From Lama guanicoe (taxonomy: Eukaryota), in NCBI GenBank assembly GCA_013239625.1, contig MU053873.1:198524-262523 (forward strand): DNA of 64,000 nt, read 5' to 3'. Below, piece by piece: positions 34,679-47,976 of this stretch. The notes below the pieces were generated by a model. It was given only the letters and a program-made list of their open reading frames with translations, was not told where the DNA came from and ran no database searches. The position numbers were made by a program, and so were the translations under genes. Numbering within the stretch: position 1 is the stretch's first letter; every line of letters starts with the position of its first letter.

Positions 34679-37667
34679 CGCCCCCCTCCGCCCTCCTTCC
34701 ACCTCTCTCCTCCTGGGTCTATCAAGACACCAACTGTAAGTGGACAAGAGCCGTAGGGTCAGCGGGCGGCTGCTGGGGGGCCGGCGGGGCAGGAGAGGGA
34801 GCGGGGAGGCCGGCAGCCTCCAGGAGCCCCCAGACGCATGGCTGTTTCGGATTTTCCCTCCTGAAGTTCTTCCGGGGGGAGGGGGCTGTCTGAATCCCCT
34901 CCCAGGTCATGCCTCCCAGGGTCCCCCACGTCTCCTTCTCTCGTGGGAGACAAGGTTGAAGCGTTTGAAAAGAAGCCTTTACTAGAAAACCAGAGGAAAA
35001 CTAAGCAAACACCAAAGCAGAGGCATGAGGGATGTCAGGTCCCAAATGCCATCCCGGGGGTGCAGGGGCAGGGTGTGGCTGGCAGGGCGGCCGGCTCTCG
35101 GCTTCCTCCCTTGCCTCTGTCTGGGGAGTTCTCAGTCACCCCGAGGAGAAGGCAGGTGTTCTGTGCTCTGCCCTGTCCTGGGCCGAGAGAACAAGGATGG
35201 TTAACTGTCATGGGGTCACCCTCCTGTCAGAGGTGAAGCAATCAGGGGATGAGAGGAAGGGAGGCCGCCTGCTCTGCTGGGAAGGCTGTGCCCTTGAGGC
35301 CTGGGTCCTCGCCGCCCTGCCATGTGCAGTCCTGTGACCCTCCCAGGTGAGCTCAGCTCTCTTATCTGTGAAATTGCAAGGAGAATCGGTGATGAATGCT
35401 GTCCTATCTAGTTCACGGGGCTGCCAAACGGAACCCAAGAGCAGGCAGACAGAAACGCGGTGTCAATCGGGCATTGGTAGAGATGGTGAAAAGAGAATGC
35501 GTCTCAGACCCTGGTGCCCTCTCTGCAGGAGAAGGGGGTCCTCCCTGCAGTGAATACAGAAGGGAGGAGCTGTCAGCTCTGAGTCCAAGGCTGAGGGTCC
35601 AGGCTGATGCGGGAGGCAGGGAGCAGGGTGGACAGACTTGCAGTGGGTTGCTCCTTCGACACTACCCTGAGCCCCAGGCCCAGAGGAGACCAGCCCAGAG
35701 AGTTCTCCCAACCTCAGGGATGTTGGTGGAGGCAGGGGCAGCCCAGATACCCAGCTGAGCCTTCACTCATCCTAACTCTCAGGAGGTCAACAGGACAGGA
35801 GGGACCCACCCCACTGCCCTTCCCAAGAGGCTGATTGTCGATAGGTACCCCACAGGCTCTGCAATGGCCCTGCACTTTACAGTTTACAAAGCATTTACTC
35901 ACCCATCAAGAGATCCTCCCAACCATTCTGAGGGTGGGACTAGATTACTAGTCCATTTTACAGATGAGGAAACTGTGGCTTCAGGAGGCTAAGGGACTAT
36001 CCTGACATCCATCACTCAGCTTGTTGAGAGAGAGTCTTTATATTTGCTCATCTCTATCTTCATCATCTGTCCACTCACCGGGTCAGGACTCTATGAGCCA
36101 GGCTTTATACCCCAGGAGCTCAGGGGTTAGCGGTAGAAGAAAGAGGATTTCTCTGGTCACCTCTGTCCTATATTCAGACCATGCAGAAGGGGAATTACAT
36201 CATCAGGCTAAACAACCACACTTTCAGCAGTAAAATTAATGTCATAATGGATATAGTATGTATTTATTTCCTTACTTATAGTCCTCTTTGTTCTAAAACA
36301 GCATGCAAAGCATCTTATGACAGAAGGCATGGAATAAAAGCACTGATAAAATAGAAAGAATTAACATGGGAGAAGACAGAAACAGAGTGAGAAAACCAAG
36401 ACCAGAGAGAGAAAGAAAAGAGATGCTTCAGATCACAAGGGTCCACATAATTATCGTGATGGAGCTTCAGAGATGGCTCTGGGATTCCTGGTAGCCAAAG
36501 GAAAAAGGGAAATGTGATCTAGTCAGAAAGGAGGAGTCTTTCTCGAGCCTCAGGGAAAACAGAGCCTGTCCTGGGATTGGGTTTTGAAGGGGATTCCTCT
36601 CCTGAAACCCATGAGGGTGGTGGGTGATGTGATGGGCCTTACCTGCAGCCAGTGAGTTCCTAGGGGCTCTTTCTGCACCAGTCTTTGCAAAAGCTAGTGC
36701 TCAGCATCTGATGCAGCCCAATGACTGAAATTCTACAGGAGCCTTGGCCTGACCCAAGTGTGGATTTCTGAGTCCTGAGGGTGCAGCAGGGACTGAATAT
36801 TCCTCAGAAGTTCTCCCTGCCCCAGAATATTGAAAAACCTTTTTACTGATATATAGTATACCTAGAAAATGAACATCAGATGACTTCTTCCCTCCTGGAA
36901 GCTTATGTGATGCTGGAGTGACGCCAGGGGTTGCATGAGGGGAGGGGTGGGAAGCATGCATCGTGACGGAGGCAGGGATTTGGGGGTCTTGAGTTTCTGT
37001 CCCTGCCTTGCTCCTGGGCCACTTGGGTGCAGAAAGCCTTTTGCTGGCCACTGGTTTCAGTGTCCAGGACACTTCCGGTGCCCCGCCCACGTCCAAGCAG
37101 AGCCCAGCTTGAATCTGTCCCTTTGACTTGGGGGAAGCACCGCCCTGCCTTGGTCTCACTTCAGGGGCCAAATATTTCAATTATGAAGACGTGGTCGAGC
37201 CCTGCCCACTCCAGCCTCAATGATGGGTGGTGAAGAGAGGGTGTCTCTGGGGGGAGAGGTGGGCGGCGTGCAGAGGGAGCCGCAGACTGGAGAGGGGACG
37301 GGGGCTGAGCAGACAGGCCTTCCCCTCTGGCTGAGAACAAAACCACCGGCTGGGAGGAAAATGTGTGTGAGGCATTTTTGTAATTCCAAGGGGCTCGGTC
37401 CAGCTCCTGCCCAGACAGTCAATGAATCAAAGCCGGGAAGGGCTCTACCTGTCAGCAGGCTTTCTCCTGGCCTGCTCACCAAGACCCCGCCCCTCGGGCC
37501 CCAGCCCAGCCAGCTGGAACCTTCCCAGTTCTCCAGAAGGACGGTTCTTCGAAGAAGAGTGTGTCTCAGGCAAAGGCCAGACGTAGGTAGCCCACGGGCA
37601 GAACTCTTGGCATCCTCCCCTGCCTACTCTGCCCCCGTCTTGGAGAGGGGCGCCGCCTGCATCACTC

Positions 37668-38114
37668 ACTACAGTGGGTTGAACAGCGACCCCCGATGTC
37701 CATGTCCTAATCCCTGGAACCTGTGTGAGGGTGTCCGTATTTGGAAAAGGAATCTTTGCAGATGTCATTTAGTTAAGGATCTCGAGGTGAGATCAGCCTG
37801 GATTGTTCAAGTGAGCCCTAAATCCAAGGACAAGTGTCCTCATAAGAGACACAGAGGAAAGAAGAGAAGAGGGCCACATGAAGGCAGAGGCAGAAATCGG
37901 AGGGATGCAGCCACTCGCCAAGGGATGCCTGGGGCCCCCAGAAGCTGGAAGAGGCAGGGAAGGATCCTCCCCTGGAGCCTCTGGAGGGAGCTCAGGCTTG
38001 CCAACCCCTTGATTTAGGACTTCCAGCCTCCAGAGCCGTGAGAGAATAAACGTCTGTTGTTTTGAGCCACCCAGTTTGTGGGAATGTGTTACAGCAGCCC
38101 GAGGACACTAACAC
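37668..38114 (+). mobile_element. MLT1 solo LTR
   Basis: agtgggttgaac...tttggaaaagg...gccacccagtttgtgg...tgttacagcagccc. Confidence 0.85.
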
Positions 38115-40148
38115 ACCCATCTGTCTCCTCTAAGGAGCCCTGCATTTCCACTTTGCAAATCACGTAGCTGGCCCTGCCCAACGTTACCTTCTCGCCTGGC
38201 CTCCCCAGTGTTCTCGCCTGGCCTCCCCAGTGATGCCCCCTTTCCTCTGGCCACGTGGCTTGGTGGTCTGTTTAATGTCCCATTTTTCACTGCTCTGCAC
38301 CTTTGCTCTGGCTCTTCCCTTTGTCTAGATTGCCCTTCCTCTTTGCTCCTTGAAAAATCCTTTCTGGTCCTTCAAGTCCAGGCTCACATGTCACCTCTTC
38401 CATGAAGTCTTCCTTGATTTCTTCAGTCTGACTGTCCTAGTCCATTTTAGTTTCAATTGTAAGTTTGCCCAGGGCTCTACAATTCACCAAGCTTTTCCTT
38501 TATAGGAGCCTGTTTCATGAGGATAATGTCACCTGCAGTTTACTGTGCACCTACTATGCACAGAGCATGTTGTAGGTACTTTACACACAGGTAATAAAAA
38601 TACTAGCTTCCAGGTACGGAAGGCCCGTGCCAGGGACTTAACCATGTTAAACTATGTAAAGTGAATTGAAAATAGACCAGACATGTCCACAACCCTAAGA
38701 GCTAAAAAATGCAGAATCTTGGCTGCGCTTTGGACAGGCCCAACTGCAATCTGCATTTCAGTGTTAATTCTCAGGGGATTCTGTTCATTTGCATCTGGGA
38801 CGGGCTGACCTGCACTCCTTATAGGGCCAGGGCTCTGACACCTGAGGTTTGAATCCTTTCCAGCTGTAGGAGTTCAGGCAAGTTTACTCCACTCTCTGGG
38901 CCTTATTGGCCTCGCCTGTCACGTGACTCTCCTGTGGTCTTTGAGAGGAGATGCCGCAAGGCTGGGCACATAGGGTGGGCGGGTCAGGGAGCAGCTGAAC
39001 ATCCCAGTCCCCACTGCCTCCTCCTCCCCTGCCCACAGGGGCCACCTGTTCTTGACTCATTTCTAGAACTTTTGGAAGCCCCCCACAACGGTGACCCTCC
39101 AAGGGAATCCCCAGATCTCCTGGAGGCAGCAGAGGAGATACTGGGATGAAAGGAGGCCTTTCCGTCTTACCCACTCCCACCCTGACCCTGGCTGGGGACC
39201 CCAGAACCACCCCAGCTCAATTCAGTCTGCCACACCCTCTGGGCACCTCCCCTCCCCACAGGAGCCCCCGGGAGGTCCTGCTTCCCAGCAGCAGTAAACC
39301 CCTGAGGGAGGTGCTGGAGGAGGGGGAGCCGGGCGTGAGGTCAGCCCCAGCGTCAGCCCCTCTCACTTTCTGTGGAAGAGGCTGCTGAGCGGGTGCCAGC
39401 CCTGGGGGAGGTCTGTCCCCGCTCCAGGGCCAGACCACAGGCAGCCATGCTGGGCTGCTGCCAGGCCAGGGGGAGGTGTTCTCAGCCCCCCAAGCTCCTC
39501 TCTGTCTGGCCCTCAGGACCCCTCCCCGACCCCAGATCCAAGCAACCACCAAGGGCTCTTCCAAGCAGGTGAGGTCATTCTCTCCACCAGACCAGCCCGA
39601 CGGAAAGAAGTCAGCCACCCACGTGGCAGGATTCCTGCACCCCAGGTCCCCTTTCCAAGCCGTCTCCCCTAACAGCAGCCTGGGCCCCCCATTCCCTCCA
39701 CTTCATTCCCTCCAAGGGGCCCTCAGGAGTTGGCCCCCAAACACCTGTTGGGGGAATGGAGCTGGGCGGCACACGAGGAAACACGGAGAAGATAGACCCC
39801 CTGACCACCCTCCAGAGTCCGCATGGGGCCCTGAGGACAGGCCCAGAGTGGGCCTTGGAACAAGCTCAGGGCACAGACAGGAGCCGGGACCTCTGGCACC
39901 AGGCGTTCTCCATTGCTTCCAGGACCCAGGCTGCATCCAGTAGCTTCATTCTGTACTCATAGCTTTATCAGAGCTGGGCCAAGACAAAGCCTTTCTTCTG
40001 CTTTTTAGGATTTCCCAGTCACACCGGTCTCGATGCCCAGAATGTTTTTGCCGAAGGCCTGGGAGGGTTCATGGCTCCTGGAGGGTGCATGAGTACAGGA
40101 TCCCCAGGATGCCTTTGAGGAGGTTCAAATCTTGCAGATAGTCAGAAT

Positions 40149-40365
40149 CAGTAGTTCTCAGCTGGGGTGATTTCGTCCCAACCCACCCTCCCCCTGCCCC
40201 AGGACGTTAGGCTGTGTCTGGAGACCCTGCTTGTTGTCACACAGAACTGGTTGGTGTGCTCCTTACTGGCATCTAGTGGTTAGGGGTCAGGAATGCTGCT
40301 AAACATGCCACAACGCACAGGACAAAAAAAAATCCTTGGCCCAGGTGGAGACAGTGTGGAAGCTC
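40149..40365 (+). mobile_element. MER20 (hAT-Charlie) DNA transposon relic
   Basis: cagtagttctcagctgggg...tgtctggagac...ttgtcac...actggcatctagtgg...tgctgctaaacat...cacaggaca matches the recalled MER20 consensus. Confidence 0.8.
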
Positions 40366-41004
40366 ATTCCTGGTCAAAACGAATCTGTCAATCAACTCAT
40401 CATCTCTCAGCGTCTCATCTGCCTCTAGACAAGAGGCTACCCCCTCCCACTGGACCCGCAGCTTCAGGCCTCGTTTGTGTGTGCTCGTGCGTGTACACAC
40501 ACAGGAAGTAATCCGAGAGATCCACCGTAACGCAAGTTCACACACAGAAGGGTTGGGCAGCCCCTGGAAAGCTCAGAGGATGTGGAGCCAGGAAGCCTTT
40601 GTCTGGTTCTGGGCAGGACTCCTTGTTACTGTGTGCCCAGACCTACCATGTCACCTCTCGGAGCCTCAGTTTTCACATCATAAAATGAAATTGGTTTCGG
40701 AGATCACAGGCTTTCGGCCAGACTCCCCTGGGATTGGACCCTGGCTCTGCCCCTCGCCAGTTATGGGAACCTGGGCTCCTTACTTTCCTTCCCTGAGTCC
40801 CCATTTCCTCTTATGTGAAGTGGGGACCCCACGTCCTACCTCCCAGGGCTGCTGGGAAGACGAAAGGAGAGAGGACACTCAAGGCACCCAACCCAGTGCC
40901 ACCACGTGGCAGGCAGTCGGTGACCACTCTGCTTCCTGTCACTTCTGAAGTTCACGTCAACCGAGAGTCTCCGCCGGGGTCGGCACACTGTGGCCCACCA
41001 GCCT

Positions 41005-41265
41005 AGCGCTGCAGGTAAAATACAGGACATTGCAATTCAAATTTAACTGGATGTCCTGTATTTTTATTTGCTTAATCTGGCCCGCTGCCTGCTTTTATAA
41101 ATAAAATTTATTGGGACACAGCCTTACCCATTCATTGACATATTGTCTCGGGCTGCTTTATCTGCTACAATAGAGTCAGTATCTGAGACAGAGACCTTAA
41201 TGGTATACAAAACCTAAAATAGTTAGTATCTGACCCTGTAGAGAAAAAGTTTGCTGAGCCCTGGT
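41005..41265. mobile_element. Internally deleted MER53-like element fused to a MER58A-like element
   Basis: aaaatacaggacat...aattcaaatttaactgg atgtcctgtatttttatttgct, then aatctggcccgctgcctg...ataaaatttattgggacacagcc...gaaaaagtttgctgagccctg. Confidence 0.7.
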
Positions 41266-43744
41266 CTATGTCGGGAAATGACTGCCTCAGGGCAGTGGGG
41301 TGTGTCTGGAGTCCTCAGAGTAACAGCCCCCTTTCTGGGCAGTGATAGGAGAGAGATGTGCAGAGGAAGGCGGGCACGTTCAATTACCCTGCGGACGCAC
41401 CCTGGAAGAAATTAGGAAGAGCCTTGGCCTTGGGGGGTGGGGGCCTGGGTTCTAGGCCTGGCCCTTCGCTGACTTTCGAGTGACCTTGGCAAAGGCCTTC
41501 CCCCTCTCTGGGCCCAGTTCTTACTCCATTTGTTAAACCCAGATTCATTAAATGCCTACTATGTTCCAGATGCCAGTGGACATGGGTCCCCGCTCTCCTG
41601 TAGCTTCAAATTCAAGTTGATGAGAGAAGATGAAGTAGTCCACAAGCTCGTGTCAGTGGGTCAGAAAATTATAAGGATGCGGGGGAGAGCTGGTGACTGG
41701 GAGGGGACATTTGAGTGGACACCCTGAGGGAGGAGGAGCCTTGATTTCCCATCAGCTACCTCCTCAGTCCTGCCCAGACTGCTCAGGGCCCGAGAGGGTC
41801 AGCTCTGGCCAAGAGGCAATGTTTTATTTTAAACCCCTTTGCCCCTGACCCCAAGAGAGGGGCCTTTCACCTCACCTGGTCTGAAGAGGAGGGGCTGCCC
41901 CCTGGTGGGGTAGGGGTGGGGCTCGGGGAGCGGAGGGAGGCCTGAATCCTCCTGACCGTGGCCGCAGCTACCTCCCTTCCTGTTTTCCTGTGCCCGTTCC
42001 CAGGAGTGTTCTGTCCCGAGCCCACTGCTGGCAGAGCTGGCCTGACCCCAGTGGCCAGGCTGGAGGACCAGGTGGGCTGGGGTACATGGGTTTCCTGCAG
42101 ACAGCAGCTCAGACCCCCTGGGCTGGCCAGCAGCCCTGGGCAGAATGGGCCGGAGGCGCCCTCCCAGCCTTAGCCCAACCTCTCCAAGTGCCGGACTTGG
42201 ATGGCCTGGGGGGTGAGGAACTTGGTCCAGCCCCGTCTGGATGGGAGCAGTGGTTGAGGGGGCTGTGTGTGTCAGTCAGACCTGGCGTAGTGTCCCCACC
42301 CATGCTCCCTGCACCCCTTGGGCCCCCGGTGACATTGTTTTATGCCTCACAGTCCCTTTTCCACAGAGGAGCCTCCCGGTCCTGAATTCTTCCGTCTGGA
42401 CCGGTTTTCTGCCGGATTAATGTGCTGAACAAGTTACCAACGATGATGATATGATGCCGGGCCAGGGGAGCTGGTGGCCCAGCGGAGCCACCAGTGGGTC
42501 ACACATTTACACTTTAATTGGGGTCTTTGGTGCCCCAAGGCCAATGAGTGACTAATGTTGGAATTTCAGGCACATGGCAAGTCAGTGGGGGGTAAGGCCC
42601 TCGGATTACAGGGTATATGAAAAAATAGTTCCCCACAGGTGAGGGCTATAAAGTTTACTAATATAAAACTCATCTCATAGGCATTCATTTATTTAATTTC
42701 ATAATAATCTGATTGGAATGGCAGGTCTTATTTTAGACTTTCATTCATATATTCATTCTGTTCCTGGCTCTGTGCCAGGGACTGGAGCCCTGGGGGGTGA
42801 AAACCCGAGATCCCTTTTATAGGCAGGCCGCGTGGGCACTGTAGCACGGGAGATGACTGCCTACAAGGAGGCAGCGAGGAGGAAGTGGAGGCTCAGAGAA
42901 GTGATGGGTGTCTCCGCAAGGGCCGGCGCTATCCAGGCCTTCTGGCCCCAGGTCCAGTGCGCCTTAGTATTTGGCGCACTAGCGTGGCCCACAGTGGAGT
43001 CCACTCTCTCCACCCTCAGGGGAAGTTCACTGCCATTCAGAGAATGAAAGGACTTTGCATCAAAAAAAAAAAGTTGGGGAAACCCCGGGTTAAACAAAAT
43101 TGAAAAGATTGAAAAGTTGCAGGACTTCTCAGAGCCTTTAGCACAGTCAGGTGGGAGGGGAGCATGCAGCACGGCCACAGATCTACCAGAACTACCTTCC
43201 GTGGACATGGCCTAGGAAACGCTGATCTGCACCCTTCCTGTTAGGCATCTTTGCCAGAGGCCACCGCCTGACTAACCCACATGAATTCTGTCTGCAGACC
43301 TTTTCCCTTCCACATCCCTGGACTTCTAGCATCACCTGGGCTTCCTGAACAGAAGGGGAGAGAGAGGGGAGTCAACCAGGCACAGGTCCTTCTGCCCCAG
43401 ATCTCAGCTTCATCTCATGTCTGCCAAGCTAGGGACTGGGGCTGAATTCGGGGTGCAGGGCACATTGCATCCTTAGGAGAGGTCCCTGCAGAGACAGGCC
43501 TGAGTCAAGGCTGGGGCCTGAGTCATCTTTCTAAAACACCAATCGGCTGTTGCAGCTTCTGATTTAAACCCTTGGTGGGGGGGGGGGTTCCCCAATCCCC
43601 TTGGGATACTGTCCAAAGCCTCAGTCTGTGCTCTGCCCACCCATGAGCCTCATTCCCCATTACTTCCTGCTTTATGCTCCAGAAAAGCCAAACTGCTTGT
43701 GGTCCTCAGGACACACCATGCTTATTCCTGCTTCCCTTGACCCC

Positions 43745-44149
43745 TGTAGTGGGTTGAATGGTGGCTCCCCAAAAACGTACAACCACATTTCAGAACATGT
43801 CACTATGGCCTTATCTGGAAGAAGAGTTCTTGTAGATGCACTTAAGATCTCTAGAAGAGATCATCTTAGATTATCCAAGTGAGCCCTAAATCCAGTGACA
43901 AGGCAGAGAAGGCTGTGTGAAAATGGAGACAGAGGTTGGCGTGAGGCAGCCCCAAGCTGAGGAGTGCTTGGAGCCTTCTTCAAGCCACCTGGAAGAGGAT
44001 TCTCCCCCAGAGCCTTCAGAAGGAGTGTGGCCCTGCCAACTCCTTGATTTTAGACTTCTGACCTCTAGAACTGTGGGGAAATAGATGTCTACTGTTCTAA
44101 ATTGGCCAGTTTGTGGTAATTTGTTACAGCAACCACAGGAAACTCATAC
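43745..44149 (+). mobile_element. MLT1 solo LTR
   Basis: tgtagtgggttgaatggtggc...gacttctgacctctagaactgtg...tttgttacagcaaccacaggaaactcataca. Confidence 0.85.
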
Positions 44150-46080
44150 AACTCATAAAGAGCTCCAGTAAGAACTGACTCAGAGATTTTCACAATTACC
44201 AGACACGTTACCTAGGTGTAGCCCCAGGGTTCCCAAAGCCTGAGAATCTCATTCTGGAAGAAAAACTCTTATTCATTCCCCAAGATACCTAACCTTCTTC
44301 CCTCTTCATCTCTTAATAACCCACCAGTACCCAAGATGATTAGAGCTGGAGGAATCCTTTGAGATCCTTCCTCATGCCTCTACACCTTGGCATAGGCTGT
44401 TCCTCTGGGGGAAATGCTGTTCCCTGTCACCTCCATCTGCCCTTTGGCTACTCAGCCTCCCAGTGGGCTCAGACAACCCCTTCTCAATGAAACCTTCTCC
44501 AAACGCTTACCCACTAGCTGCCTGGTAGAATAAACCCGTGGCCCCTTGGCCCTCTGAGGTAGCAGGGGCCATGTCTTTGTTCATTCCTCTATCACTCAAT
44601 CCCCAGCCCCAAGTGATCACTCAGCCCACATAGGAAGGCAAGCTCCAGTCCAACACCCCCAGTTTCCAGTCTGGAGACCAAGCCCAGGCTTGCTCAGGGC
44701 CACTCAGAGGATGGTCTGGGAGGCCCCTGGTAGTGTTGCTGAGAACTCTGGCTTCAGCCACTTGCAAGTGACTCTACCTCTCGGAGCCTCAGTTTCTGAA
44801 TCAGTTTAAAAAAAAAAAAAGGAGAAGAATGTATAGCAAACCTCAAAGGGATGAGAAAGTGCTTACGCAGCACTTCAGAGCTACAGCCTCCCGCCAGCTG
44901 TTCTCCTGGGGCTGTGGCTGCTGCTGTCAGGCTGGGACCAGACCTGGGTGTCTCCACTCTGGGCTCTGTCATCCAAACACAGCGGGGCCTGCCTGGGTGT
45001 GCTCACGTCCTTGTCCTGTAACCCTCTCTGGGGTAATGAGTTCCATACGTTTATCTTTGCTGGGTACTGTGAATTCCTGTTTATCCAGAGACCCACAGAA
45101 GTAAATAGAATACTTGCATGACCAGAATTTTCCATCTCAGTGTGTTCAGGGATAAACCCCGTGACAGCTTGCAGGACCCTGAGGGGCCACCACATACATT
45201 CCCCCCCAACCCAGCCTTTACGTTAGGTTGCATTTCACCATCTGATGGGGCCAGTTATAGACCTGCAGACCACTGGAGCTACAAGGGCCTCAAAGAAAAC
45301 CCTGTGGGTGTCAAACTGGGTCCTGAGGAGCCCTGGGGAGGCGTGTGGGGAGGTGGCCCAGGGCTCTTTGGGGGGGGTGGGGGGGCACGCTGAGCGGACA
45401 GGGCTCAGGGTTCATGTACTGGGATATCATGTGAGAGTCTTCCTTTGAGGAGGGGCCTTCTTTTGCTAAAAACAAAATAAAAGCACCCACAAGGTCACAA
45501 ACCACCAACATAGTTCAAATCTCCCCACTTTACAAAGGAAAACTCTAGGGCCCAGAGCGCCTTAGCAGAGGTCGCCTGGCCGATTGTACACTGGGCGGTG
45601 GGCTTCTTGCCATCCCGTGCCTTGACCCCCACTGAATCTGAGTACTCTCTGTCCTGCCCATCCCCCGGCCAGGCCTTGTCTGGGCTTCCCTCATATATCC
45701 CGGACTGGCCTCCTTCCAGCTTTGAAGAAAGGGACCTGCTCAGGGATCCAGGGTTTGGTGAACATGTCTGTGGTCACTGTCCCTGTGCAGGTCATCTCCT
45801 TCTGCAGGGAGGGTCCTGCCCACATGGCCCATCCCTTATTCTTCCTATCTGGACACCTGCCGGCCTGGGTCAGAGACCTGTGCTCTGGAGGAGCCGGGCT
45901 GAGAGGTGCAGTGCATGGTGTGGGGTGGCAGGGCAGTGGGTGGCTTCCTGAGGGGGTGTTCAGGGCTCCTGCGAGCAGCACAGGGTGGTGGGTCGCTCAG
46001 GCTGCAGATGCAGGCAGCGCCACTGACCTGCCAGCTTAGTGATGAGCTGAGCGGACCTCTCAGCCTCACTCCGTCAGTGC

Positions 46081-46100
46081 GTGTGTGTGTGTGTGTGTGT
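46081..46100. repeat. (GT)10 microsatellite
   Basis: Direct reading; abuts the 511-bp duplication. Confidence 0.9.
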
Positions 46101-47121
46101 AGTCCCTACCGTGTGGGGTCCCAGAGGTGAGCAAGACCCAGCCACCCTCCAGGTGTCCCTGTGTAGCAGGGAGACAGGAAGTGAGGCACTAAGATATGGT
46201 GCTATTTAGGGGAGCCCTGGGGAGCTGGAATATAATAAAAAGGGATGTGTGAATGAGATGGGGGCAGGGAGGGGACTCCAGGGAGAATGATAATTAATCT
46301 GGGAGGAATTGAAGTTAGCCAGGCAGAGGAGCTTGCGGGGGGAATGGTGAGACAGAGAGATGGCAAAGGCAAATTGTGACATTAAATGAGATGATGCAGG
46401 TAAAACCTGTAAAGTCATGCAGGCCACAAGGGCTCACAAAATGACAGGGATTCTTGTGGTTCCTTGTTGAGAGTGATGGAATCAGGGCTCAGGGTATAGT
46501 GAGGGACATCTAAGCCAGTGGTTCCCAACCAGGAAGCAGGAACTGGCGGCTGACTTTGCCTCAGGGGACACTTGGCAATGTCTGGAGACAGTTTTGATTG
46601 TTGCAAAAGAGTAGTCCCTACCGTGTGGGGTCCCAGAGGTGAGCAAGACCCAGCCACCCTCCAGGTGTCCCTGTGTAGCAGGGAGACAGGAAGTGAGGCA
46701 CTAAGATATGGTGCTATTTAGGGGAGCCCTGGGGAGCTGGAATATAATAAAAAGGGATGTGTGAATGAGATGGGGGCAGGGAGGGGACTCCAGGGAGAAT
46801 GATAATTAATCTGGGAGGAATTGAAGTTAGCCAGGCAGAGGAGCTTGCGGGGGGAATGGTGAGACAGAGAGATGGCAAAGGCAAATTGTGACATTAAATG
46901 AGATGATGCAGGTAAAACCTGTAAAGTCATGCAGGCCACAAGGGCTCACAAAATGACAGGGATTCTTGTGGTTCCTTGTTGAGAGTGATGGAATCAGGGC
47001 TCAGGGTATAGTGAGGGACATCTAAGCCAGTGGTTCCCAACCAGGAAGCAGGAACTGGCGGCTGACTTTGCCTCAGGGGACACTTGGCAATGTCTGGAGA
47101 CAGTTTTGATTGTTGCAAAAG
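46099..47121. repeat. Tandem duplication, 2 x 511 bp (46099-46609 and 46611-47121)
   Basis: Copies read identical by eye at offset 512; duplicated ORFs 46206..46427 and 46718..46939 have identical translations. Confidence 0.97.
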
Positions 47122-47246
47122 TTGGGGAGGGTGATGCTGCTGGCATTAAGGATGGAGGCCAGAGATGTTGCTGAAAATTGTACAGGTGCTAAAGACAGTA
47201 GCCCCACCTCAAACAATGTCAGCCGTGCCAAGGTTGAGGAGCTGGC
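47028..47246 (+). mobile_element. MER20 relic; its 5' half is also duplicated at 46516-46609
   Basis: cagtggttcccaacc...ggggacacttggcaatgtctggagaca...tgctgctggcatt...ggccagagatgttgct...gtgccaaggttgagga. Confidence 0.8.
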
Positions 47247-47976
47247 TCTAGGCTCACCTCCCTCAGAATTCACTCCCCTCTGAGCCACCTCCACCAGCTG
47301 ATTGTCATGTCTGCCCTTAAGCACCCCTAGTGACGGGGAGCTCACTACCTGTCAGGCAGCCTGTTTCACCTATAAGTTCAGTGTATTCAAAGTGTTCCTT
47401 TTCACAACGCGTTGAAATCCCTCTTCTCTGTGTTCCTCTAACCTCCTAGCATTTGACCTAGTTCCTGACCCTGAAACTCTCATGAATGCCTTCAAGTATT
47501 GGTGAATCTTCAAATGTTTGTGACTCTTTGCTATTCCAGGCCTCTCTATGTGATCAGAAAGCTTGACCTGGGGCGTGGGGTGATCCCCTGCCTGGAGGAG
47601 AAGCGCAAGGATCTCACCACCCCTGCTTGGGAGCCAGGAGGGCCAGCAGAGGTGGGGCCAGAGGAGCCCCACGTCCCCGTGTTCTCCTCCTGCTGCCTGA
47701 CGTTCTTGATCACACAGATTCTCTGAGCCTTAGCTTTGTCTCCTGTCAAATGGGCAGAAGGACAGCCTGGCCCTCTTTGCTTGGTGCCATGATGCTCAGA
47801 AGAGGTAACAGATGTATAGATGCTTTGGAAAGGAGAAAACACTGCACAGTGTAAGAGGTTAATATCCTGGGCCAGGCATTTTCATATATGTGGCTGTCTC
47901 CCTGTTTGCTGAGAGCAGAGGCAGAGCAGTGGTGATCCCATTTTACTGAGGAGCAAACCAAGAGGCAGAGAAATTA

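Noticed and set aside
37220-38017. 265-aa ORF
   Set aside because: Its 3' half is an MLT1 LTR, and it resembles no protein I know.
46206-46939. Two identical 73-aa ORFs suggesting a duplicated small gene
   Set aside because: A by-product of the 511-bp duplication; non-ATG start and no coding signal.
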